Part shown: positions 29,561 to 39,891 of the stretch, one piece after another
Position numbering within the stretch: position 1 is the stretch's first letter
Layout of the letters: the number at the start of each line of letters is the position of its first letter
Assembly: GCA_963727505.1 (NCBI GenBank)
Contig: CAVSGP010000009.1
Coordinates: 64,001-128,000 of the forward strand
Source of the DNA: an uncultured Trueperaceae bacterium
GTDB taxonomy: Bacteria; Deinococcota; Deinococci; Deinococcales; Trueperaceae
Direction: 5' to 3'
DNA: 64,000 bases
Notes under the pieces: model-generated
Told to the model about the DNA's origin: nothing
What the model saw: only the letters and a program-made list of their open reading frames with translations
Database searches by the model: none
Made by a program: the position numbers and the translations under genes

Positions 29561-31174
29561 TCAGCGCAACCCGGTCACGGCTCCGTTCTCGTCCACCCGC
29601 ATGTGGCGGGCCGCGGGGTCCCGGGGCAGACCCGGCATGGTCATGATGCGACCCATCAGCGCCACCAGGTACCCAGCTCCCACCGCCGGACGCACCTCGC
29701 TGACCGTGAGGGTCATCCCCTCGACCAGGCCCCCCGCCTTGGGGTCGTCCGAGAACGACAGGTGTGTCTTGGCGATGCACACGGGAAGGCGATCCAGGCC
29801 CGCGCCTTCCAGCGCTTCGAGGTCGCGACAGGCCGCGTCGCTCAGGACGACGTCTCCCGCGCCGTAGACGGTGCGCGCCACGGCGTTCACCTTCGCCTGG
29901 AACGGCGCGTCCTCCCGGTAGAGGAAACGGGGCTCGCCGGGTTCGTCGCCCATCTCGTGGAGCGCCTCCAGCACGACCGAGGCGAGGTCTTCGGCGCCGG
30001 CACCTCCGTCCGCGAAGGCGGTGATGCGCGCGCAGCGGACGCCGAGGCTCGCGGCGTGGCGTTCGAGCATCGCGAGGTCGGACTCCGCGTCCCCTTCGAA
30101 AACATTGACGGCGACCACGGTCTGGAGCCCGAAGGCGCGCACGCTGGCGAGTTGCCGGTCGAGGTGCCTGAGGCCCCGCGCGAGATCGCCGTCACCGTGG
30201 GACGCCAACGCCCGTACCGTCGCGACCATCACCACCAGGTGCGGCCACAACCCTGCCTGGCGCGCCTTGAGGTGCAGGAACTTCTCACCGCCAAGGTCGA
30301 AACCGAAGCCGGCCTCGGTCACCACCACGTCGGCGTGCCGTAGCGCGAGACGCGTGCCCAGGACGCTCGAGCAGCCGTGCGCGATGTTGCCGAAGGGTCC
30401 GGTGTGGACGATGGCGGGCGAGCCTTCGCCGGTCTGCACGAGGTTGGGGCGCAACGCCTCGCGCAGCACCACCAACATGGCGTCGGTCGCGCCCAGCTCT
30501 TCGACGGTGACGGGCTCGCCGTTCTCGCGCCAGCCGACCACAGTGCGGGCCAGACGGACGCGCAGGTCCTGCAGCGACTCGGCGAGCGCGAGCACGGCCA
30601 TGATCTCACTGGCGGCGGTGATGTCGAAGCGGGTCTTGCGCTCGGCGCGCCGACCAGCCGCCACCAGCACGCTCCGGAGCGCCCGATCGTCGACGTCGAG
30701 CACGCGTGGCCACGTGACGTGCGCGCGATCGAGCCCACGGGCCTGGCCGAAGTGGAGGTCGCTGTCGATCATCGCGGCCAGCAGGTTGTGGGCGCTGGTG
30801 ATGGCGTGCAGATCGCCGGTGAAGTGCAGGTTGATGTCGTCCGATGGCTCGACCCTGGCCCTGCCGCCGCCGGTGCCGCCTCCCTTGGCGCCGAACAACG
30901 GGCCCAGCGAGGGCTCCCGGAGGCATACCGCGCCGGCCGCGCCGAGCCGCCGCAGGCCGTCGGTGAGACCCACGCTGACGGTGGTCTTGCCTTCGCCTGG
31001 GGGGGTGGGCATGATGGCGGTGACCAGCACCAGCCTGCCGGGCCGACCGGAGCGCGCGCCGTCGGCGGTTGGGTCGATCTTGGCTTTGTGGAGGCCGTAG
31101 GGGGTGACGCTGCCGGGTTCGAGACCGAGTTCGCGTGCAACGTCGACGATGGGACGTAGCGATGAAGGTTCCAC
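29561..31174 (-). CDS. fhs: Formate--tetrahydrofolate ligase
   Basis: PTPPGEGKTT, LREPSLGP, INLHFTGDLHAI, TEAGFG and IMTMPGLP; GTG start at 31174 inferred. Confidence 0.95.
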   Translation of the reverse strand: MEPSSLRPIVDVARELGLEPGSVTPYGLHKAKIDPTADGARSGRPGRLVLVTAIMPTPPGEGKTTVSVGLTDGLRRLGAAGAVCLREPSLGPLFGAKGGGTGGGRARVEPSDDINLHFTGDLHAITSAHNLLAAMIDSDLHFGQARGLDRAHVTWPRVLDVDDRALRSVLVAAGRRAERKTRFDITAASEIMAVLALAESLQDLRVRLARTVVGWRENGEPVTVEELGATDAMLVVLREALRPNLVQTGEGSPAIVHTGPFGNIAHGCSSVLGTRLALRHADVVVTEAGFGFDLGGEKFLHLKARQAGLWPHLVVMVATVRALASHGDGDLARGLRHLDRQLASVRAFGLQTVVAVNVFEGDAESDLAMLERHAASLGVRCARITAFADGGAGAEDLASVVLEALHEMGDEPGEPRFLYREDAPFQAKVNAVARTVYGAGDVVLSDAACRDLEALEGAGLDRLPVCIAKTHLSFSDDPKAGGLVEGMTLTVSEVRPAVGAGYLVALMGRIMTMPGLPRDPAARHMRVDENGAVTGLR

Positions 31175-31387
31175 GGTTGCCGCTAGCCTAGGACGTTCGT
31201 CGTCGCGCGTGCCAGTGCGAACGTCCCGGTGAAGGGGCGGACTCGCCATCGCGGGAGGCTTGCGCGCGGACGCGCCAGGCCTCAAACTGACGGAAACGTT
31301 CGCGATCGGTCGTTCGAGCGGGCATCGTGTCGTTCCCATCCCAGGCACCGATGGGCGCGTGCGGGAGCCCGACTCGGAGAGGAGTCG

Positions 31388-32509
31388 ATGATGAGCGGCG
31401 TACGGGTGTTGGTCGGCACACGCAAGGGTGCGTTCATCCTGCAGGCGGACGGCAAGCGCGACCGGTGGGAGGTGCAGGGCCCGCTCTTCCCCGGCTGGGA
31501 GATCTACCATCTCAAAGGGTCGCCGGTCGATCCGAACCGCATCTACGCGGCGCAGAACACCGGCTGGTTCGGCCAACTCATCCAGCGTTCGGACGACGGC
31601 GGCGCGACCTGGACGCCGGTCGGCAACGAGTTCGCCTACCAGGGGGTTCCGGGCACGCACCAGTGGTACGACGGCACGGCGCACCCGTGGGAGTTCAAGC
31701 GGGTATGGCACCTCGAACCTGCGCTCGACGACGCCGACACGGTCTACGCCGGGGTCGAAGACGCGGCGCTGTTCCGGTCCACCGACGGCGGGTCGAGCTG
31801 GCACGAGCTCCCCGGGTTGCGGCAACACGGCTCGGGCGCCCAGTGGCAGCCGGGCGCGGGCGGGATGTGCCTGCACACCATCGTGCTCGATCCCAGCCGA
31901 CCCGAACGTATGTTCATCGCCATCTCGGCCGCCGGCGTGTTCCGCACCGACGACGGAGGTGCCACCTGGCACGCCATGAACCGCGGGCTCCGGTCCGAAG
32001 GGAACCTGCCTGATCCCGAGGCCGACGTCGGGCACTGTGTGCACCGGATCGCGTTGCATCCGTCGCGTCCCGACGTGCTCTTCATGCAGAAGCACTGGGA
32101 CGTCATGCGCAGCGATGACGGGGGCGGGTCGTGGACGGAAGTGAGCGGCAACCTCCCGAGCGATTTCGGCTTCCCCGTCCAGGTGCACGCCCACGAGCCG
32201 GAGACGATCTACGTCGTGCCGATCAAGAGCGACTCGGAGCACTACCCGCCCGAGGGCAAGTTGCGGGTGTACCGCAGCCGCACCGGCGGCAACGAATGGG
32301 AGGCGCTCACGAACGGTCTGCCGCAGGAGAACTGTTACGTGAACGTGCTCCGCGACGCCATGTCGGTCGACCGGCTCGAGCCCTGCGGCGTCTACTTCGG
32401 GACCACCGGCGGACAGGTGTATGCGTCGGCCGACGACGGCGACCACTGGACGCCGATCGTGCGCGACCTGCCGGCCGTGCTGTCGGTCGAGGTCCAGACG
32501 CTGCCATGA
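31388..32509 (+). CDS. BNR/Asp-box beta-propeller (WD40/YVTN-like) protein
   Basis: Repeated S-x-D-G-G-x-T/S-W Asp boxes; N-terminal [17 protein letters not shown]. Confidence 0.88.
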   Translation: MMSGVRVLVGTRKGAFILQADGKRDRWEVQGPLFPGWEIYHLKGSPVDPNRIYAAQNTGWFGQLIQRSDDGGATWTPVGNEFAYQGVPGTHQWYDGTAHPWEFKRVWHLEPALDDADTVYAGVEDAALFRSTDGGSSWHELPGLRQHGSGAQWQPGAGGMCLHTIVLDPSRPERMFIAISAAGVFRTDDGGATWHAMNRGLRSEGNLPDPEADVGHCVHRIALHPSRPDVLFMQKHWDVMRSDDGGGSWTEVSGNLPSDFGFPVQVHAHEPETIYVVPIKSDSEHYPPEGKLRVYRSRTGGNEWEALTNGLPQENCYVNVLRDAMSVDRLEPCGVYFGTTGGQVYASADDGDHWTPIVRDLPAVLSVEVQTLP

Positions 32510-32862
32510 CGGTGGACGGAACGCCCCGGCAGAGCGCGATGCACGGTGATCCCGAAGCCGCCGTGCGGCTGCGGGTCGTGCTGCCCGAGCACCTCCGGAC
32601 CCTGGCCGACGTCCACGGCGAGGTCGCGCTCGAGGTGCGCCCACCGTTGACCATCGGGGCCGTGCTGGACGCGCTCGAGGTGCACCATCCGGTGCTGCGC
32701 GGCACCATCCTCGAGCACGCCAGCCGCCGGCGAAGGGCCTTCGTCCGCTTCTTCGCCGACGGACGCGATCTCTCTCACGACAGCATGGAGACCGAGCTCC
32801 CCGACGCCGTCGCACGCGGCGATGAGCCGTTCGTGGTGGTGGGGGCCATGGCGGGCGGTTAG
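32506..32862 (+). CDS. MoaD/ThiS-family ubiquitin-like protein
   Basis: LPEHLRTL...C-terminal AMAGG; ATGA overlap. Confidence 0.85.
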   Translation: MTVDGTPRQSAMHGDPEAAVRLRVVLPEHLRTLADVHGEVALEVRPPLTIGAVLDALEVHHPVLRGTILEHASRRRRAFVRFFADGRDLSHDSMETELPDAVARGDEPFVVVGAMAGG

Positions 32863-32895
32863 GGGCGTCGCGGCTATACTCGCGCCGGAGGCTTC

Positions 32896-33426
32896 ATGAC
32901 GGACGACCCGCGCTACCCCATCGGCCGCTACGCCCCGCCCGAGACGATCGATGCCGCGACCCGCACAGCCTGGATCGGGGCCGTGGTGGAGGCCCCCGCC
33001 AGACTGCGGCTGGCCGTCGCCGGCCTCGACGACGCGCAGCTCGACACGCCCTACCGCGAGGGTGGCTGGAGCGTTCGGCAGGTGGTGCACCACCTGCCCG
33101 AAAGCCACCTCCACACCTACCTGCGCTTCAAATGGGCGCTCGCCGAGGACACGCCGGCGGTGGCCGCGTACGACCAGGCCGCCTGGGCGGCGCTCCCCGA
33201 CAGCGTGCACGGGGCGGTGGAGCCGGCCCTGGCCCTGCTCGACGCCCTGCACGCCCGCTGGGTCCAGCTGCTCCGCGGCATGGACGACGCGGCCTTCGCG
33301 CGCGCCTACGTCAACCCCCGCAACGGCAGCGAACGCACGCTCGGCTGGACCTTGGGCCTCTACGCCTGGCACGGCGAGCATCACGTGGCCCAGATCCTGG
33401 CGTTACGTGAGCGTCGCGGCTGGTGA
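32896..33426 (+). CDS. DinB/YfiT-family putative bacillithiol transferase
   Basis: DPRYPIG, LDTPYREGGWSVRQVVHH and YAWHGEHH. Confidence 0.9.
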   Translation: MTDDPRYPIGRYAPPETIDAATRTAWIGAVVEAPARLRLAVAGLDDAQLDTPYREGGWSVRQVVHHLPESHLHTYLRFKWALAEDTPAVAAYDQAAWAALPDSVHGAVEPALALLDALHARWVQLLRGMDDAAFARAYVNPRNGSERTLGWTLGLYAWHGEHHVAQILALRERRGW

Positions 33427-34244
33427 GCGCCGGAGAGCCGTCGGGCGGCGCGCAGCTCGAGCGCTCGGTCTACCGGGTGTCGCAGATGGACTGTGCTGCG
33501 GAGGAGGCGCTGGTGCGCGCCAAGCTGGAGGGGCTTGCGCCGGTGCGCGCGCTGGACATCGACCTCGCGGCCCGCGAGGTCGCCGTCTTCCACGACGGCA
33601 GTCCCGACGCCATCGCGAGGGCGCTGGCGGAGCTGCGGCTCGGCGCGACCCTGCTGCGCTCGGAGCCGGCGGACGACTTCGAGGTTGGTCGACCCGTCCA
33701 GTCGAGCGTGCTTCGCACGGTGCTGGCCATCAACGCCCTGTTCTTCGTGCTCGAGGCCGTCTTCGGCCTGCTGGGTCGCTCGATGGGTCTGCTGGCCGAT
33801 AGCCTGGACATGCTGGCGGACGCCTTCGTCTACGGCCTCAGCCTGGCCGTCGTGCAGGGGGCCATCCAGACCAAGAAGCGCATCGCACGTCTGAGCGGCT
33901 ACGCGCAGCTTGCCCTGGCCGCACTGGGCTTCCTCGAGGTGCTGCGCCGCGCCGGGGGCTCCGGGGGGCGGCCGGATGACGTCACCATGATCGTGGTGGC
34001 TGCCCTCGCGCTGGCTGCCAACGTCTGGACCCTCGCGCTCCTGACGCGCGCGAGGAGCGCCGAGGCCCACATGCGCGCCAGCGTCGTCTTCACGAGCAAC
34101 GACGTCATCATCAACGCAGGGGTCATCGCAGCGGGTGTCCTGGTGGGCCTCACCGGCTCCGGGATCCCCGATCTGGTCATCGGCGCGGTCGTCTTCATCG
34201 TGGTGGCGCGCGGCGCCTTCCGGATCCTGGCGCTCGCGCGCTGA
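33423..34244 (+). CDS. CDF cation transporter with N-terminal HMA-like domain
   Basis: MDCAAE HMA-like motif; GLLADSLDMLADA and FTSNDV. Confidence 0.87.
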   Translation: MSAGEPSGGAQLERSVYRVSQMDCAAEEALVRAKLEGLAPVRALDIDLAAREVAVFHDGSPDAIARALAELRLGATLLRSEPADDFEVGRPVQSSVLRTVLAINALFFVLEAVFGLLGRSMGLLADSLDMLADAFVYGLSLAVVQGAIQTKKRIARLSGYAQLALAALGFLEVLRRAGGSGGRPDDVTMIVVAALALAANVWTLALLTRARSAEAHMRASVVFTSNDVIINAGVIAAGVLVGLTGSGIPDLVIGAVVFIVVARGAFRILALAR

Positions 34245-34416
34245 GCTCCGTCACGCCGTCGACCTCCCCCCTCGGATGTGCGATCCACCGTGCGGCGAGC
34301 GCATGCCGCCCGGCGCCGATGAGAGACCTTTCTCATCCGCGCTTTGGTATCTTTGGCCTCGCGTATCGGCTGGGACGGTACTTGCACTCATCGCGGTGCC
34401 GTGTGGAAGGAATTTC

Positions 34417-34872
34417 ATGACTTCATCGTTCGTGGTCCGTGGCTTCACCATCGCAGTGTTGGTCCTGGGAGCGGCGGCGTTCGCCGCCCAGCCCATGGAC
34501 ACGGGCACGGGCTACGGCACGATGGTCGAACAGGCGGCGCGCACGCTCGGAGGCAACCCGGTGGCATGCGACGGGCTGCTCGACGCCCATACGCCTTCGA
34601 CGGCCCAGGCGTACTGCGTCCGCGTGCCCGAGTCGATGTTCGGCTACTTCGAGATGGGCGTGCACGGCCGTCTCTACGAGTACCTTGCACGCGGCACGCT
34701 GCGCGTCGCGCGCACCTGGGCCAGCGTAGGCAGCACGCTGCGCGTGGTCTATGACGTCCAGGGCGGCACGCTGACGATCGAGCGCGAACGTGTCGGCGGC
34801 AAGCTCTATGGCGTCTTCCTGTTCCAGACGCACGCCGGCTACGCGTCGGCGGCTGCCCCCAGCCACCCCTGA
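34417..34872 (+). CDS. Hypothetical secreted protein with one Cys pair
   Basis: Signal peptide ending AFA-A; GAAGGA RBS. Confidence 0.65.
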   Translation: MTSSFVVRGFTIAVLVLGAAAFAAQPMDTGTGYGTMVEQAARTLGGNPVACDGLLDAHTPSTAQAYCVRVPESMFGYFEMGVHGRLYEYLARGTLRVARTWASVGSTLRVVYDVQGGTLTIERERVGGKLYGVFLFQTHAGYASAAAPSHP

Positions 34873-34985
34873 GCGAGATCGCGGCGCCGGCTGCGGCGCA
34901 CATGCCCAACATCGGACACGCGGCTGCCTCCACTTCGGGAGCACAATGGACCCTGGACGGGAGTGGTCCGAGGGAGGGGGGACGC

Positions 34986-35729
34986 GTGCGAACGTTCGAC
35001 GTCATCCGGGCTGTTCGTCTTCCGGCGTGGTGCGGTGCGTGCCGCGCCGTGTTCGTATGGCTGCTGCTTTCGCTGGCCGTCGCCGCGCAGGCCGCAGGCG
35101 CGGTGGACCCGGAACGGGCCATCGCCGACGGCCGCTACGCCGAGGCCTACCGCGCGGCCAGCGCGGTGGATACCGCAGCGAGCCAGGTGCTCGCCGCCCG
35201 CGCCGCCGCCGACTACGCCGTCTACGGCTCACTGGACGCAAGTGAGTACGACACCTGGTTGCGTCATGCGCGCGAGGCGGCGGAGCGCGCCACCGAGCTC
35301 GATCCGAACGACGCCGAAGCCTACGTCCAGCTCGCCCGCGCCAAGGGGGAATCGGCGCGCCGATCGAGCGTGTTCGAGAACCTGCAACTCGTCGGAGAGC
35401 TGAAGGACCTGTTCGACCGGGCGCTGAGCCTCGCGCCGGACAACGCGGACGCGCTGGTGGGCCTGGCGATGTGGAACCTGGAACTCAGCCAGCGTGGCGT
35501 GGGGTGGATGTTCGGGGCGAGCCAGGATCGGGTGGTGCCGCTGCTCGAGAAGGCGATCGCCGCAGCCCCGACGCAAGTCAATCTCCGCGTCGAGTACGCC
35601 GCAGCCCTGCGGGACCTCGGGGAAGACCAGGCCGCCGACGAGCAGCTGCGAGCGGCGCTGGCGCTACCGGCCCGCACGGCGGCCGACCGCTACGAGCAGA
35701 AGCGCGCGGCCGCCACGCTGCAACACTGA
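34986..35729 (+). CDS. Secreted TPR-repeat protein
   Basis: ATELDPNDAEAYVQLA, ALSLAPDNADALVGLA and AIAAAPTQ TPR-like motifs; signal peptide. Confidence 0.8.
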   Translation: MRTFDVIRAVRLPAWCGACRAVFVWLLLSLAVAAQAAGAVDPERAIADGRYAEAYRAASAVDTAASQVLAARAAADYAVYGSLDASEYDTWLRHAREAAERATELDPNDAEAYVQLARAKGESARRSSVFENLQLVGELKDLFDRALSLAPDNADALVGLAMWNLELSQRGVGWMFGASQDRVVPLLEKAIAAAPTQVNLRVEYAAALRDLGEDQAADEQLRAALALPARTAADRYEQKRAAATLQH

Positions 35730-35754
35730 GCGTTCACGGGGGGGCTCGGCGTGG

Positions 35755-36600
35755 CTACCCCTTCACGCCGGAGCCGACGATCCCCTGCACGTAGTAGCGC
35801 TGCAGCGGCAGCAGGAGCAGCAGCGGGACCAGCGCCGCGAGCGACGAGGCCGCGAAGATCTGCGTCCACTGCGTGCTGTGCTGCTGTTGCAGGTTGGCGA
35901 GGGCGATCTGGAGGACCATGACGTCTTGCGAGTGCACGGCGATCAGCGGCCACAGGAACGACTCCCATTGGAAGACGAACAGCAGCAGGCCCGCCGCGAT
36001 CGTCACGGGGACGGACAGCGGCACGTACAGCCGCAGCAGGATGGTGAGCCAGCCGGCGCCGTCGATCCTGGCCGCTTCCTTGATCTCGGGGGGCACCTCG
36101 GCGAAGAACTGCCGGAACAGGAAGATGGCGATCCCGTTGCTCACCGCGGGCGCGATGAGAGCGCCGTAGCTGTCGAGCATACCGAGCGACCCCACCACCC
36201 GGTAGAGCGGGATGGCGAGTGCCTCGGTGGGCACCATGGCCGAGATCAGCACCGCCGCGAACAGGAGCCGCTTGCCGCGGAAGGTCATCACCGCGAAGGC
36301 GAACCCTGCCAGACCGTTGACCACGAGCCCCGCGGCGACCGTCGCGAACGCCACGAAGGCCGTGTTGAACAGTACGCGGCCGAAGGCGTGGTCCCTGAAC
36401 AGCGCGACGTACGCGGTGAGCGTCGGGTGCGTGGGCCACAGGGCGCGGAGGTCGAAAGGCGTCAGGTAGCGGAAGACGTCGTTGAGCGGCGTCACGGAAC
36501 CCACCAGCGCCCACCACAGAGGCACGACGAAGAACGCGGCGACCGCTGCGTACAGCACGGCCAGGGCTGCCCCCGAGAGCCAGTGCAGCGCTCGCGTCAC
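35755..36600 (-). CDS. Carbohydrate ABC permease
   Basis: EAARIDGAG; GTGA overlap. Confidence 0.92.
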   Translation of the reverse strand: MTRALHWLSGAALAVLYAAVAAFFVVPLWWALVGSVTPLNDVFRYLTPFDLRALWPTHPTLTAYVALFRDHAFGRVLFNTAFVAFATVAAGLVVNGLAGFAFAVMTFRGKRLLFAAVLISAMVPTEALAIPLYRVVGSLGMLDSYGALIAPAVSNGIAIFLFRQFFAEVPPEIKEAARIDGAGWLTILLRLYVPLSVPVTIAAGLLLFVFQWESFLWPLIAVHSQDVMVLQIALANLQQQHSTQWTQIFAASSLAALVPLLLLLPLQRYYVQGIVGSGVKG

Positions 36601-37514
36601 GAGCGCTCCGCTCCGCTGTCGAACAGTCGGAACTGCCATGCCACCACGCCGACAAGCAGCGCCAGCAACACCGTCACGATGGCGAGTGCCTGACCCATGT
36701 CACCGAAAGCGAACCCGACCTTGTAGGCCTGGTACATGAGTACGTTGGTGGCGCCCGACGGCCCGCCGCGGGTGAGGAGGTACATGGGCACGAACATCAC
36801 GAAGTTGATGATGGTATCGGCGACGAGTACGAACAGAAGCGGTCTGCGCAGGAGCGGCAAGGTGACGCGCGTGAAGCGTTGCAGCCTGCCGGCGCCGTCG
36901 ATGGCAGCCGCCTCCTGGAGTTCCGCGGGGATGCTCTGCAGGCCCGCCAGCACGAACACCATCCAGTAACTCACGCCCTTCCAGTTGGCGATCAGGATGA
37001 TGCTCCAGAGGGCCTGGCCCACGCTGGTGTAGAAGGGCTGCTGGGGAAGCCCCAGCAGGGCGAGAAGAGCATTGACGAAGCCACCGTTCGGATCGAGCAT
37101 GAGGCGCCACAGGAGGGTGGCGACCGGCAGCGAGACTCCGATCGGCACCAGCACCAGGAGGCGGTAGAGCTTCATGCCGCGCGAGGCGCGGTCGACCATC
37201 AACGCCAGTACGAGGGCCAGCGCCACCTGCATCGGGTTGATGACGAGGTTGAGCTTCAGCGTCACCCAGAGCGACGTCCAGAACACCGGATCGCCGACCA
37301 GGGTGGCGAAGTTGGTGAGCCCCACAAAGGCCGTCCTGGGCCCTTGGGAGGTGAAGACCTCACGGTAGAAGGCGCCACCGATGGCTTCCAGGATCGGGAC
37401 CACCCGGAAGAGCGCGAGCCCCGCCAGGGCCGGCAGGAGGAACAGGAAGGCGACCCGCTCCTCGTGCCGACGGGGATGGGGGCGGTGGCCCCGCCGATCA
37501 GCCGGTGCGGCCAC
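36597..37514 (-). CDS. Carbohydrate ABC permease
   Basis: LAGLQSIPAELQEAAAIDGAG and TRGGP. Confidence 0.92.
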   Translation of the reverse strand: MAAPADRRGHRPHPRRHEERVAFLFLLPALAGLALFRVVPILEAIGGAFYREVFTSQGPRTAFVGLTNFATLVGDPVFWTSLWVTLKLNLVINPMQVALALVLALMVDRASRGMKLYRLLVLVPIGVSLPVATLLWRLMLDPNGGFVNALLALLGLPQQPFYTSVGQALWSIILIANWKGVSYWMVFVLAGLQSIPAELQEAAAIDGAGRLQRFTRVTLPLLRRPLLFVLVADTIINFVMFVPMYLLTRGGPSGATNVLMYQAYKVGFAFGDMGQALAIVTVLLALLVGVVAWQFRLFDSGAERS

Positions 37515-37532
37515 CGCCCGAGCCTCCGCTCC

Positions 37533-38981
37533 TCACTGGAAGCGCTTCAGGTAGGGGTCGATCTGCCGTACTGCGCCGTCGAGCGCCTGCTGAGGGTCCG
37601 CGCCGTTGCGGATGTCGCTGAACGCGCTGTCGAAGATGTTGTGGAGCTGTAGGTAGGCCGGGGTCTTGGGGCGCACCACGGCGGTGGTGCGGGACTGGTA
37701 GACCCCCAGCAGGTAGGCGTCGTCGGGGAAGGCGGTATAGGCTTTACCGGAGCGGATCGTGTCGAGCACGCTCTGTTGCGGCGGAAAGTGGCCGTACGAC
37801 GTGAACCACAGCGCGGCCCCCTCTTCCGCGGTCAGGAAGCGGATGAACGCGGCCGCCTCTGCCTTGTGCTTCGAGTAGGCCGCCACCCCGAGGTACCAGC
37901 CTCCGGTAGGCGTCGCGACCGTGCCGCCCGCGAAGGCGGGGTACGGCGCGACGCCGAAATCGACGCCGGAGCTCTTGAACTTGCCGAGCTGCCAGGCGCC
38001 GCCGGCGTAGAGCGCGACCTTGCCTTCGGCGAACAGGTCGGCCGTCTGCGGATAGGGGACGCCCTTGGGACTCACCTGCGAGCCGTTGAAGAGATCGCCG
38101 TACCAGGTCGCGGCCTTCCGCCACGCCGGGCCGTTGAGGTAGCCGGTGACCGTCGTGCCGTCGGGGCTCAGGATGGTCCCTCCCAGCGACAGGCCCAGCG
38201 GCTGCAACTGATAGAGCTCGTCGGGCTGGCCGAAGGTGAAGCCCCACACGCGGGTCGCGCCGCCGGAGCGGATCGTGAGCTGCTTGGCGGCCGCCACGAC
38301 CTGCTCCCAGGTCCAGCGCTGCCGCTCCGCCAGCGTGGCGATGTCGGCGTACGACACCGTCTTGCCGGGCACGAGTCCGGCCGGCGGGGTGACGCCGGCG
38401 TTCTGGAAGAGCGTGCGGTTGTAGTACAGCAGCTGGATGGAGCTGTCCTGCGGAGCCGCCATCAGCCGACCGTTCACCCTGCCGGCGTCGAGGGCGGGTT
38501 GAACCCAGGTGTTCGCGAGTTGCTGAGCCGTGAAGGTTCCGTCCAAGGGGGCAAGATACCCGAGTGCGGTGTAGGCGGCCACCACCGGTTGGTCGACGAG
38601 CAGCACATCGATGCCGCTGTCGTGCGCGCGCATCCTGACCTGCGTGGTCTGGAACAGGTCACCGAAGGAGTAGCCCTCCATCTTCACGCAGACGCCCGGA
38701 TGCTGCTTCTCGAACGCCTGGATGACCGGCTGCATGCCGCTATCGAACTCCGAGAGCGTCAGGTAGTCGATGGTGGTGGTGCACGCGGACTGCGCGGCCG
38801 CGGTTCCCGGGAGCACCAGCCCCGCCAGCGCCAGCGTCGCGACGGCCATACGGACGAGTCGAGATCGACGCCTGGGGCGCGGCACGCCGACGAGCGCCCT
38901 GTGGCGGGAGGCCGCGGACGATCCGCGGGTTCGTGGTTCGGTGCGTGCACCGTCGATCGTTGCCATGCCGGGACGTCCCAT
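37533..38981 (-). CDS. Sugar ABC substrate-binding protein (start could be 38849)
   Basis: FEKQHPGV, LYYNRTLFQNAGV, WTWEQ and FAEGKVAL; signal peptide. Confidence 0.88.
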   Translation of the reverse strand: MGRPGMATIDGARTEPRTRGSSAASRHRALVGVPRPRRRSRLVRMAVATLALAGLVLPGTAAAQSACTTTIDYLTLSEFDSGMQPVIQAFEKQHPGVCVKMEGYSFGDLFQTTQVRMRAHDSGIDVLLVDQPVVAAYTALGYLAPLDGTFTAQQLANTWVQPALDAGRVNGRLMAAPQDSSIQLLYYNRTLFQNAGVTPPAGLVPGKTVSYADIATLAERQRWTWEQVVAAAKQLTIRSGGATRVWGFTFGQPDELYQLQPLGLSLGGTILSPDGTTVTGYLNGPAWRKAATWYGDLFNGSQVSPKGVPYPQTADLFAEGKVALYAGGAWQLGKFKSSGVDFGVAPYPAFAGGTVATPTGGWYLGVAAYSKHKAEAAAFIRFLTAEEGAALWFTSYGHFPPQQSVLDTIRSGKAYTAFPDDAYLLGVYQSRTTAVVRPKTPAYLQLHNIFDSAFSDIRNGADPQQALDGAVRQIDPYLKRFQ

Positions 38982-39267
38982 GTTGCCTCTCTCCTCGCGG
39001 TCCCGCCCGAACCCCAGGGTGGTTCGAACGTCGCGGGCCGTACTCGAGGGTGCGGCGGTATGCCCCCCGGTACCGTGTGCCAAGGTACCAGAGTGCGGAC
39101 GGGCCAGCCGGGCGTCCGTGGCATGAGCGCCCCGAGACGAAGCGTGTGTGGGGCGATACCGCCGATGCCACGGAAGGCGATACCGTCGGACGGTGGCGCC
39201 ACGGGCCCCAGCATCCGGCGGCCCCCGAGCTCCCTGCGTCACGGGATCCGGTACCGAAGGAGAGCGC

Positions 39268-39879
39268 ATGACCGATCGTCCCGATTCCACGAACTACGTT
39301 CCCAGGCTCCATGTCGTCGTGGCGAGCACGCGTCCCGGCCGTGTGGGGCTGCCGGTGGGTGAATGGATCTATCAACGCGCCGTGGAGCACGGTGGCTTCG
39401 AGGTCGAGTGGGTCGACCTGGCCGAGGTCGATCTGCCCTTCTACGACGAGCCTGAACACCCCCGTCTGCAGCGCTACCAACACCAGCACACCAAGGCCTG
39501 GAGCGCGCGCGTCGAACGTGCAGACGCGTTCGTGTTCGTGACGCCCGAGTACAACTTCGGCTTCACAGCGCCGCTCAAGAACGCGATCGACTTCCTCCAC
39601 CGGGAGTGGGCGTACAAACCCGCCGGGATCGTGAGCTACGGTGGCGTGGCCGCCGGAACGCGCGCCGCCCAGATGCTGAAGCAGGTGCTCACCACCCTGA
39701 AGATGACACCGATGGTCGAGGCCGTGTCGATCCCGTTCGTGAAGCAGTTCCTCGATGAGGACGGGCGGATCCGGGCCAACGAGACGATGGAGCAGGCGGC
39801 GGACGCCATGCTCGACGAGCTGGCGCGCTGGGAGCGCCAGCTCCGGCCGTTGCGAAGCGAGGTCGTCGGGGCGTCCTGA
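39268..39879 (+). CDS. NADPH-dependent FMN reductase
   Basis: ASTRPGR and TPEYNFGFTAPLKNAID; AAGGAG RBS. Confidence 0.92.
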   Translation: MTDRPDSTNYVPRLHVVVASTRPGRVGLPVGEWIYQRAVEHGGFEVEWVDLAEVDLPFYDEPEHPRLQRYQHQHTKAWSARVERADAFVFVTPEYNFGFTAPLKNAIDFLHREWAYKPAGIVSYGGVAAGTRAAQMLKQVLTTLKMTPMVEAVSIPFVKQFLDEDGRIRANETMEQAADAMLDELARWERQLRPLRSEVVGAS

Positions 39880-39891
39880 CCCGCCCGATGT

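Noticed and set aside
31175..31387. ZTP (pfl) or THF riboswitch upstream of fhs
   Set aside because: An ACTGACGGA-like string occurs only on the wrong strand, and the 3' CGCCTGGGC pseudoknot element was not found.
31175..32815. 1084-aa Fhs with a long N-terminal extension
   Set aside because: The extension is the antisense shadow of the BNR and MoaD genes; Fhs homology begins near 31174.
39050..39260. Repeated G(G/A)TACC motifs between the sugar SBP and FMN reductase genes
   Set aside because: Spacing is irregular and there is no local regulator; cannot be separated from chance.
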